Source: a virus
Lineage: Duplodnaviria > Caudoviricetes
Length of the DNA stretch: 49,591 bases
Virus record (IMG/VR): IMGVR_UViG_3300020403_000017
Span: 1-49,591 of that record
Reading direction: 5' to 3' (one strand)
Translations under genes and position numbers: made by a program
Notes under the pieces: model-generated
What the model saw: the letters and a program-made list of their open reading frames with translations, nothing else
What the model was told of the DNA's origin: nothing
Databases searched by the model: none
In this document: positions 26,707-36,900 of the stretch, in pieces
How the letters are laid out: every line of letters begins with the position of its first letter
Position numbering within the stretch: the stretch's first letter is position 1

Positions 26707-28568
26707 GGATCAACTCTAAATCTAAATTTTTCTTGCTGCTCTACATAATTAGAAGCTTCTTTAGAAACAAAGGATATTTCGTATGCGTTGTTTGGCTCTA
26801 AAAGTTCCATATCCAAATTAAAGAATGAACCTTGACTATCATAAGAGACTGATGAATAGCTAGGCGTACTTCCCGTAGAGTATGATATTACCTCATAATT
26901 GTCTGAAACTTTAGTTATTTTGTAAAAAAGTTTCTTTATATTGTTAACCGGGGCAGTCTGTGTCGCCTTTGTATAGATATTTGGCTGCCAATTCTTGTTT
27001 CTTGTGTAAACTCTAAAGGTTGCTTTTTCTTTTTTATGATATGTATCCTTCAAGTTTGTGATAGAAAGAGTATAATCCGCAATGTCTCTATAAGAATTTG
27101 ATGAGGCAGCATATACAGTAAAGCCCGAACCTGTGGCAAAAGTAGAATCTAATTTGTTCAAAGTCAGGGCCCAAACATCATTGAGGAATGTACCTGCTGG
27201 CACCTTTTCTGCTAACACAGAAAATGGAGCCTCGTAGATCCCTGTTGAAACCTTACTAGCCGTAACAAACATTGCCGCAGTTGCGCTTACGCCTCCTACC
27301 CCAGTTTGAAGTTCCTTTGCGCTAGAATATTCACTTCCCAAGTCTGCTGTTGCATAAAAACTAGTAACGATCTCGTGTGAACCAGTAGGGATATCTACCA
27401 ACTCTCCACCGATATAGTTATAATAATATAGTCTGTTTAAATTCTGCTCTGCATGAGCAACACTACTTGAAATCATGATATGATTTCTGTCGTCTTTTAT
27501 CACTCTATCGTATTGAGCTTCAATCTGTGGTTTCAAAAAGAATTCGTGAGAGCTTCGAGAATAGAACTTTTTAGTATAGTATGATGCACTACGAGAGCCA
27601 TCTTCGTAGGAATTATCCAACTTCAAGACTACTCCATAATTAGGCATGCCGGCGCCGTTTATAAAACTGTTGACTGCTAGACGACTATCCGGACCAGAAA
27701 AAGTAATTATTGTGTTTCCATGTAGACCCGCTATTGACTGTTTAAGTGTCAAAGTTTCTGTGGCTGCATCGCGTGTAACAATTATAGCATTATTAAAATT
27801 GGTTTCTATTGCTGCCTTGAGAGCAAGACTGGTGTTTGCTTTCGTATCTTCGATTTTAACATTGACTGCTTGGCCAACAACTGAAGAATCTCCTGCTACA
27901 AAAGTAAAGGTGACTGTCTCTCCTTCGTGTGACGATATGGTAAGCACGTCATCGGCGTTAGGCTGAGCAACAAATCTTACATCACCCTGTGCTTGGACGC
28001 CGGCGTCTGCCTGATATTTTATCCATTCTTCTGCTAAACCAGTTATATCAATTTCTATGTTTTCAGTACCTTCTACCAAAAACTGGTTATACTCTAGCGG
28101 TATAATACTCGATGTTATTAAAGCAGATGACGCGTAATCGCAACCTTCAGTATGCCATAATGTGTTGGCACTTGAAGATAACCAGTTGCTACCCTCTAAA
28201 TCTAGATAACTTTCCATGTCAAGGCCATCGCCTTCATCCCATGGGCGCAGGACTGGGTGAACAGATACTTGGAAGTTCTCTGGTGTTGTTTGTCCATGTG
28301 GACAGTTTGAAAGTTTAATCTTGAAATTAACTGATCCAGATTGTGGAATAACATCTGTGCTTCTATCTGCCTGTATCTCATCCATAGGAAACTGCAATAG
28401 CAATCTTGTTTGTTCGACCGATGTAGATGATGCCTGACCATATATTGAAAATAGTTCCAAAATATCTGAGGCACCCATGTTTGCTTTTGTTGAACGTGCT
28501 GACAAGTTCTCTCTGAATGAGTTAGCAATTGTATTATCTTTTTCTGAATTGTATCTCTTTATAGTCAT
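26703..28568 (-). CDS. Virion protein with DNRLRE/CBM96-like beta-sandwich
   Basis: KDNTI..NMGASDILEL..TRLLLQF..WDEG..NW..IDITGL..W..NYGVVLK..FYSR..KPQIE pattern, with a ~115-aa insert. Confidence 0.6.
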   Translation of the reverse strand: MTIKRYNSEKDNTIANSFRENLSARSTKANMGASDILELFSIYGQASSTSVEQTRLLLQFPMDEIQADRSTDVIPQSGSVNFKIKLSNCPHGQTTPENFQVSVHPVLRPWDEGDGLDMESYLDLEGSNWLSSSANTLWHTEGCDYASSALITSSIIPLEYNQFLVEGTENIEIDITGLAEEWIKYQADAGVQAQGDVRFVAQPNADDVLTISSHEGETVTFTFVAGDSSVVGQAVNVKIEDTKANTSLALKAAIETNFNNAIIVTRDAATETLTLKQSIAGLHGNTIITFSGPDSRLAVNSFINGAGMPNYGVVLKLDNSYEDGSRSASYYTKKFYSRSSHEFFLKPQIEAQYDRVIKDDRNHIMISSSVAHAEQNLNRLYYYNYIGGELVDIPTGSHEIVTSFYATADLGSEYSSAKELQTGVGGVSATAAMFVTASKVSTGIYEAPFSVLAEKVPAGTFLNDVWALTLNKLDSTFATGSGFTVYAASSNSYRDIADYTLSITNLKDTYHKKEKATFRVYTRNKNWQPNIYTKATQTAPVNNIKKLFYKITKVSDNYEVISYSTGSTPSYSSVSYDSQGSFFNLDMELLEPNNAYEISFVSKEASNYVEQQEKFRFRVDP

Positions 28569-30400
28569 TAGCTTATTATCGTCCCTTTAATATCATCGAT
28601 GTACTTAACTTCCCATATCGTATTTTCTGGGATGTAAATATAACTATTGTCTGGTGACGTATTTGATTTCACATTATATGAATAATCTGAATAATTGGTG
28701 CCTGTCAGGGAGGTGACCTTTACTCCATCTCTCGTTGAGATATTTGCCACTTCCGGAAGGCTCTGTATAATATTCATTATCTCTGAGATGTACAGCGGTT
28801 CTCCAATATCTGGTGGTATAGTTGAAATCTCTTCGAATACTCTTTTCTTAATGTTCGTCAATGCTGTCTGCTGGTTAACATTGTTCTTAAGTGATACCTT
28901 GAATTCTATTCCAAAGTTCAGTATATTTGCATCAAATATGTCAACACTATCAGAAATCATTCTCACAGAGTCAAGCCACGTTTTAATATTTTGTTTTAAT
29001 ATGGTTGTTGGAGCCTGTAATTTACCATCAGCGCCTTCGGCAATCAGGTAAGCGTTTAGATTTCTGCGTAAATCATTTGTATCCCTAACGATGGCAGCTC
29101 TCTTAATTGACCCGTAAATTGGAGGCATTGAGTAGATAGCTGCTATGTAATCTTGCTTAGTGACTGCTCTGCCTTGGGCACCATAAGTGCCTAGGTACCT
29201 TCTTCTCAGTTCTTCAGTGGTTGGAATAGAGATGTTGCCGTTTATTGGCTCTTCATTGAAAGCCTGAACATTGCTTCTTATAAAGCTCATCTTTACGTCA
29301 CTAAGGTCTGATTCATTCTTAAAATAAATTATTGGCTCAGTTGCTTGTGTAACTGTCCCTACTGCAGCATTCGTGTTCGATGTTGTATTGCTTCTGTATC
29401 GTATCTCCAACGTTGTGTTCTGTGGTGCTACACCAAGCTTATTTGTTGATAGTAGTCTCGTCGGATCAACAGAAGGAGATGAGACATGATTCTTAGCAGA
29501 GAAGTTTAAAGCCACTTTACTTGGGTCTGCAACTGAACTAGTTCTCAAGTCTTCATCCGAGCCATGTCCAAAGACTAGAAATGTCTTGTTTAGGGATTTC
29601 TCGACCATAAATCTTCTAGGAACCGGACGAGCTTTCATCAAGGCAGATGTCAACTGCAACGATGCAGCAGTGGAATGGGCATCCTTTGGAATATTGATAG
29701 GCTGGTATATTGTATCCTGAGATAAGTGATCTACTTGGAAATACTCATTCTTATTTGCATCTTCAACTTTTAATATCTCTGTGATGTTTGCATCAGGGAT
29801 TTCTATTTTCAAGAACTTCCTATACCCAGAAACATCAACTGAAAACGTTTTTTCCTCTCCTGAAATGACTGGCACCTTGGATTTAAAAACATAATAATCT
29901 ATTTTTGAGCCGTCAGCGGTTGTGCTATAGCCGACAACCTGTGAGTTTTCTTCTGTGAATGTTACATCTTTTATTTGAGTGTATGTTGTACCGCCCTGTG
30001 ATCTAAACTTTGAGCCTGCGCGAATGGTGACTTCATAGTCGGTATCCAAACTAACGCCTAGAGAATCTGCAGGTCGAAGTACCTGTACATCAATCTCTCC
30101 CACTCCGACTGGGTTGACAACTGGGTCAGCGCCCATGGACTGTATGTGCTGGATTAGAGTATCTGGATCTCTGGAAAATGCTGCGATGGCTTCATTAGCA
30201 TTGTGATCTGAATAATAATGTAACTGATCTGCTACGTAAGATACTAGATCCATTGTCAATGACCCGAAAGAAGACTTTTTGAAATCCTTATAGGTGTCTG
30301 GATAATATCTTTTGATGTAGTTGACTAGCTCTTCTTTTATTTCTGGAAAAGAAGTCTTCGTATAATCTACCGGTTGGACTTTTTTATTTCTTTTTGTCAT
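28568..30400 (-). CDS. Baseplate wedge subunit (T4 gp6 / baseplate J-like)
   Basis: DYTKTSFPEIKEELVNYIKRYYPDTYKDF N-terminus and QGRAVTKQDY motif; follows the gp25-like gene. Confidence 0.88.
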   Translation of the reverse strand: MTKRNKKVQPVDYTKTSFPEIKEELVNYIKRYYPDTYKDFKKSSFGSLTMDLVSYVADQLHYYSDHNANEAIAAFSRDPDTLIQHIQSMGADPVVNPVGVGEIDVQVLRPADSLGVSLDTDYEVTIRAGSKFRSQGGTTYTQIKDVTFTEENSQVVGYSTTADGSKIDYYVFKSKVPVISGEEKTFSVDVSGYRKFLKIEIPDANITEILKVEDANKNEYFQVDHLSQDTIYQPINIPKDAHSTAASLQLTSALMKARPVPRRFMVEKSLNKTFLVFGHGSDEDLRTSSVADPSKVALNFSAKNHVSSPSVDPTRLLSTNKLGVAPQNTTLEIRYRSNTTSNTNAAVGTVTQATEPIIYFKNESDLSDVKMSFIRSNVQAFNEEPINGNISIPTTEELRRRYLGTYGAQGRAVTKQDYIAAIYSMPPIYGSIKRAAIVRDTNDLRRNLNAYLIAEGADGKLQAPTTILKQNIKTWLDSVRMISDSVDIFDANILNFGIEFKVSLKNNVNQQTALTNIKKRVFEEISTIPPDIGEPLYISEIMNIIQSLPEVANISTRDGVKVTSLTGTNYSDYSYNVKSNTSPDNSYIYIPENTIWEVKYIDDIKGTIIS

Positions 30401-30419
30401 TTTCTATGTTCTCACCTCT

Positions 30420-30881
30420 TTAAGTTGTGCTCGCGAGAAGTTCTCCTCTGTATTCACTCATGTCTACCATTGATTTTGTCAACTGATCTAATTTTAAAAC
30501 TATCTGATCGAAAGCTCCCAAGTCTGGGATTGCATATTTTATGGTTAAGGTTGTTGAAACGTTGTCTATATCTTCATCTGTTGAAACAAACTGAGCTTCC
30601 AGCAAAGTAATCCCCGGTAAATATTTGCTTAATTGTGTCTCTATTTTAGATTTAATTTTTGACATCTCCATTGATCCGTTCATCTCAAACAGGTAGGTTG
30701 CCAAGCCAACACCCAAGTCGGGGTTCATTGGCCATTCGCCCGGGATGGTCTGTAAAAGGATGACAAAATCCTGCTTTAAAGATTCTGTTATTCCAAAAAC
30801 TGATGCGTATGGGCCGACGCTTTTGTCAATCCTTAGTGGCCACTTTGGTTGTATTTGATTATTTTTATTTAAAACTACCAT
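30420..30881 (-). CDS. Baseplate wedge / sheath initiator (T4 gp25-like)
   Basis: LLQTIPGEWPMNPDLGVGLATYLFE..KYLP motif, ~150 aa, adjacent to the gp6-like gene. Confidence 0.88.
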   Translation of the reverse strand: MVVLNKNNQIQPKWPLRIDKSVGPYASVFGITESLKQDFVILLQTIPGEWPMNPDLGVGLATYLFEMNGSMEMSKIKSKIETQLSKYLPGITLLEAQFVSTDEDIDNVSTTLTIKYAIPDLGAFDQIVLKLDQLTKSMVDMSEYRGELLASTT

Positions 30882-30897
30882 TTAAAAACCTCAATAT

Positions 30898-30905
30898 TAA
30901 ATAGT
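30898..30905 (-). promoter_or_regulatory. ACTATTTA motif (candidate late promoter)
   Basis: In the 30882-30934 gap, just upstream of the GAGG RBS and ATG of the gp25-like gene. Confidence 0.5.
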
Positions 30906-30934
30906 GGCTTTGTTTAATATTTCATATTTAGCTT

Positions 30935-33900
30935 CTATTCTTCTTCTGTATCGTCAAAACTGCCAAAAGGAGATTCTTCAACGTCACTATTAGCACACAA
31001 ATTGTTATTTATTTCTCTAGCCTGGCCGGAGCACTTGTTGTTCCTTTCTCTCTTTTCGCCCTTTAGTTCCGGTAACGTGAGAGCTATAGCTGTAAGTGGA
31101 GAAAGGGGATGACCATACCTTCCCTTGTTAAATGGCTTTGGCCAGCGCCCGGGCCAATCTTGACCTGATCCATCTCTACATGGAATACTAAAATTGAATG
31201 CTCCATCTGCAAGTGCGATTGGGCCCTTGTATATGTAACCTATTGTCCTATCTAGGGCTGTTTGAAGCGCTCGCCAGTTTTTACGAGAGAATGGATTTGT
31301 AGCCACCCTATATGCACCGACTGATATATCAACCGGAGCTGATGGTATTATCATCGCATATTTACTGTCTCTTTCTCCGTCTGGTTTGCCCATCAAGCCT
31401 GCTGTCATATCTTTCTCATCAATGGTTGGTCCCCATTGTACGCCCTTCCACCCCAAATTATCTATGTCGCAGTTTTCCCAGTGCATCTTCATTTCCTTGT
31501 ATGCAGGATCAGCTGCTTCCGCAATGCCTCTAAAGAATAAAGAAGGAAATTCCTTAAACAATTGTTCCAAAGTATCACCGAGCTGATCAAGAAAATCCTT
31601 TGGATAAGGAAAATCAAAGCATTCCATTGCTTTAGGGTTTGAAGTAGTGTTATTTATTGTCTGCTTGAAGCTCTCACTTTGACTGAAGCTATCGAACAGT
31701 TGTGTTCTTTGGCGCCTTGTCATGCTAGACATGTTCACTAATGCTGCCAAGCTAGCTTTAGGTGTCTGCATAACCGTCGGCATCGAGCTGTATCCCGCGA
31801 GAGCTGATGTGACAAATGCTGTTGCCACTGCTTGAAACCTCTTTACCGGATAAATATATTCAAACACCTGCTTAGCTTCGTTCAGTTCTATCAACTGTTC
31901 TGCCATCCAAGGCTGCAACCTTTTATAATCATCTCTGAATGATGCCAAGTCTACACAATCGATCAGGCCTCCGGTCTTTGTAGAAAGCAGTTTTCTGTAT
32001 TCAACAATAGGAACTGAAAGTGTTTTTTTGGTGCGATTGCTTGCATCTGATGCCATGACAAAACTTCTAAACTCTTCTGATATATCCTGATATATGCCTC
32101 TGGGTAGGCCTGTGGCTGTATCTAATACATGTTGTCTAAACTCTACTGCAAGGTTCCCACCTCGTGTCTCAGGATTATGGGGTATGAAAGAATTGGACAC
32201 AAGTCTTGCAACCTGTGCTATTGTTGTCCTTTCCAAGAGACCTCTTACCACTCTGCCATTTACGAGTGCCGACCTTAGAAGTTCTGGTGACAAGAATTCT
32301 GGTGTTATTCCAGAGTAGCCTCCGAAGGCTGTATTCCAGATATCTCTGTGTGTATTTACTGTATTTACGTGGTCCTCTAGTATAACTCTTGTGACTTGTT
32401 CTCTTCTAGCTCTCAAGGCCGAGGAGCCGTATATTATTCTTGGTAGCATATAGTTATAGTTCAGCCCATCGTCATTTATGGCGTCATCCATTGAAAAATT
32501 AGTTAATTCAGATAGTTGCTCAAGGATCCACATGGCACTTTCAAAAGGCTCTCTGATGCCGAAGATTTCACCCATAAGAGTCTGATCTAATCTTGTTATA
32601 AAGTGCTCCATGCGACCTTGTGTAACTGACTGGCGATCTAGCGTTGTTGTATACTGGTCTAGATGCTCTGGTGTAGCCAATCCATCTACTGCTGCTGGTG
32701 CATGATCTCTAATCCTTTGAAGGGCCTCGCGATAATGGTCTCCATATTTAGCTACGACTGCTGGATGCATCCGGGCTTCAGCATCACCACTTTCAGGGCC
32801 CGTGTCGAGGAGTGCTTCAAGTATCAGATCGTTGTTGGCGAACCCTAATCCTGCTTCTCCTGGGAAATTGGGGCCTTCATTTCTACTCGGTTGCGCCAAT
32901 GCGAATATGTGATATGCTAGATTAGTCTTCCTGATTATATCGCTTGGTGTAAGGCCATGGCGATCGATGTCCCTAACTAGTGTCTTTACATTCTCCCATG
33001 ATACGTCACGGTCGAGGGGTCCGTCGGGTTGAGGTTCTGTGCCGCCAATATGCTGAACCTGGAGTGCGGACTGGCCAGGCCAACCCGCTTCTTGCGCCGG
33101 CGCATTAATATAAAATCTTCGATTTTCGAAGCGGCTTTGGCCGGGGATAATAGAGCGCTCGACGCGTATTCGCCGTACAAGCGTAAATATACCTGCTAGT
33201 TCTTGATCTAGTCCCGTTTGAACTAGTGCAGGAGCTGCAAATTCACCTCTTAGTAATCGCGATGCTAAATAATGAAGACAAGCAGCTGCCCAATCTTCCA
33301 AGTCTGCTTCTGGGATATTGTCAATATTTTCATATGGTCTTGCATCTAGTGTTTGCTTGATTGCCAAGCTTGCAAGAGTTGATGCAATGCCTGGGATGGA
33401 AGTAAAACCAACTAAAAACAATTTTTGCTCTGGCGTATACTGTCCTTTTTTTGCCTCCACCAGAAATCTTCGAAGAATTGATAACTTGTATGGAGCTTCC
33501 AGTATATAAGAATTGCCCTCTGATACTTCTGATTTCACATGAAACGATGCTTTGTTTAGCACCAAGTTACATAATCGATCAATTACATGAAACATGCTTT
33601 CCACAAACCTGTTAACAGTTGGGGCATCTTCAGCGAACTCTAAGAAGATAGGATCAAAGGATCCTAATCTATTTGGTGACCATGGGAATTCGTTGTTATC
33701 AAAAGAGAATGACCGGTCTCCTAGGCCATTAGTCACAAGTAGCATGAGATTTTCAATATTATCAGAAAAGAAAGTATCAACATTCATAACCGAAACGGGA
33801 TCTAGATCTGGTACGTTTCCGTCATATGATATATCCAAGAACCTCTTCAAAGACGCTCCTATGAAATTAGATATTTCTGTATGACTAGGCATACCAGATG

Positions 33901-36900
33901 CGTAGAAGAGGCCTCCACCAGTGTTTCTGATTGGTGTGCTTTCAATTCTGTTATAATTTAAAATGGCACGACCGGTGCCGTCAGAGGACAGGCCTGGTGT
34001 TCCTTCCTCGTAAAAAACCCAGTCTTTAAGGTCTTTGTCGGTGTCGAAACCAGGAAGCCTTATATCAATATCGTCAGCTAGCTGATGCGGGATCCCTTCT
34101 TTTTCGATTTTCTTGACATCATCTTCGTCTGGATATAGAGTTACATATCCCGGCTGCAACTGTAAGTGCATCATGTTTATGCGGCCGGGTTCATAGTCAA
34201 CCTCTCTCGTGGTTAAATCAATGCCCCGAGGATCGACGTCCCCTTCTCCCCAGGCATGCCACTTTTTCTTTGGTAGTACGCGTGCTGCCCACTCGATATT
34301 CTTTAATTTCCAGTAAGGCGGCATGGGGACGCCGCGAGGCACGTGTCCCTGAATTTCTATACCAAATATGCCTCCTCTAAAGCTTTGAGCCAATGGAAAT
34401 TTCTGACGGCCAAAGACTCTTTTGTTGGCTCGCACGAGGACGTCACCACCGGCCTCGCCGCGGTCGAAATCATCGTCGAAGTCGCGCTCTCGAGCACTCG
34501 TCACAATCGCTTCTTCACCACCGGCACCAATTTCGGCACCAAATGTAGGAGTGATGGCTCCCCATAATGTGTCCTTTCTTCTGTTTTTCAAATACCACTG
34601 AAAAATGTTCTTAAGTGAGAATATTGTCTTATTGAAATTTTGATTATTCCCCTCTTCTTGGTTTGTTAATAGGGCATCGTGGGACAACTGGTAAAAATAA
34701 TTGCAAGATTCATAGAAATGTAACTTATCTCTGAACGGATTTATTACTGGACGTTCCCACTGTCGCTGCAGGCGAATTTCGCGATGGGGATCTTCAGGGA
34801 AACGATTGATCATCAAATAACCCCTCGACTTAAAAAGCTTATCTAACTCTTCATCCGAGTTAAAAGGTTCCGTACCGACGGCTGCTAGGGGGCTCTCAGG
34901 GAAGCCCCCAACCTCGGCGGCGAAAACTCTTGAATATATTCTTTCGATTGAGCACCACTGAGGAGGTGTGTCTGCATTAATACTTGCCTGTCTCGTGACT
35001 GGCCAGCTTAAATGTGCTCTCGTAAAATCAGTTGTAAAGTCAGGAAAGTTTGGCATTTCCTCTCTTATTTCATCGATGGTTGCTGCTTGGTTTCCTATTC
35101 TTTCTCGTACTGCTGCGACAAATTCCACATACTCTTGTGCTATTTCTGTAATTGTAGCATTCAATGCGTTAATATGCCCTTGTCTAGTTGCTTCTCTTTC
35201 TTCGTTCGCTACATCTGATTCATGTAGATTTCTAATGTATTCAGGTGGCACCACCTTGCAGTACACCTCTTGAGGGTTCAATTCCCCTTTAGCATAAACT
35301 TGAGTTATAAGAACTCTCATAGGTATCTTGTAAAAATTAGGTGGCAACAAATTAGTGTTACTAAATTCTAACTCTCCTCTTGATAAAGAATCGCTTGGCA
35401 ATTCGTGCATTATCTTTCTAGCGTCGTTAAGGAGTTCACTTAGATTTTCAGGCGCAACTAGATTTTCATCATATTCTTTGAAAGTACCTTTATGTCCGTT
35501 TACGGGGCCCTGCATCTGGGTAAGCCAAGGTCGAGTGGTCTCTTTATTATTAAATTTGTCAATACCCATTGGGCGAGCAAGAAAAACTTCTAACTCCCCA
35601 CTATCCCTTCTTGTAAAGAACGTTCTGCCGTACTGTGTAAGTCTAGGATCTTTTGTGCCATAAGTTAAAGGGTTGCCATTTGCATCTTCCCCGCTGGTTC
35701 TGAGTACTGCATTTTCAAAACCCAAATTGCTTACTTGTAAGCTATCAATCACCACTTTAAGCTGTTCTTCAAACATCGCTTTAAGTGGTTGTGATGGTTC
35801 AAAGTTTAGCACTGCCGGATCAAATGTCTCACCTATAGAGAAAGATCCATGAAGGCCAGCTATTATTGAGGCCTCTCCAGTGAAAGTATACACTGACTCG
35901 ACCCATGTTTCCTCATATGGGTCGCCATATAATTCTTTGGCGGCTTCGTATTCGGCCGCGTCCTCAAAAGTACCAATTGGATTCTTGAAGACTTCTGATG
36001 TTTGAACAGCTCTTGGGGCTGCCTGAAAATCTATTCTGTCCAGCTCTTCAGTCTCGATTTCGACATTTAGATCCTCTACCTTTTCAAAACCTCGCGAACG
36101 TGGAAAGTCAGCTGTAACTCCCACTTGTCTAGGTTTATTTTCGTAGGCTCGTGAGTTCGGGTCTATGTCGTACCCTACACCTTGTGCCTTGGCGCCGGCA
36201 TCAAATTCAACTATTTCTGTAGCTTGTCCCAAGTTAGACATCAATTGTGATTGGAAAGTTTCGTCTGTCAAAGAGTTTTCTACTGTTATTCCGCTTGCTT
36301 GGATTTGAAGTATTTCTTCTCCATTAGTTGGTAAAATATGATACTTTGTATGTTCTCTCTGGAGAGAGACAAAGTTCTTAAAATTATTAAAATGTTGTAT
36401 TGCCTCTGGTCTTTCGATGAAAGGTGATCCCATGAGTGTAAACGGGTTATCGTTCATATCTGCATGGTAACTTTCCAGCGAATTTACAATTTGGCCTGTC
36501 TCGAAAAGTCTGCCTGTATTATGTGATACAAAATCATGAGAAAAGTCGTACACTCTTCTAATTTTTTTTATAAATCTCGTTGGGGATCTTCTTATAGTCT
36601 CAGGGTATGCATTTGCTGCTTCTGTCAGTGTATTTCTGTTAAGGCCACCGGGGGCGTCTTCGGCATTGGGATCATAATGCATCAATCCTCGCATGTGTAG
36701 AAAAAACTTCTGCAAGTCATCGTCATCCCAAACACTATCCAAAGCATCGATAAAATCATCAATGTGATACAATTCGTGCTTAAGGTTTAGATCTTCACTC
36801 TCCTCAACTGTTGACCCTCTGGCATTTTCTGGCAATACGGGCGTTGCATTAATGCTGTAATCGGCCGGATTGGGAAAGCCACCGAGATTAGTAAAGCGCT

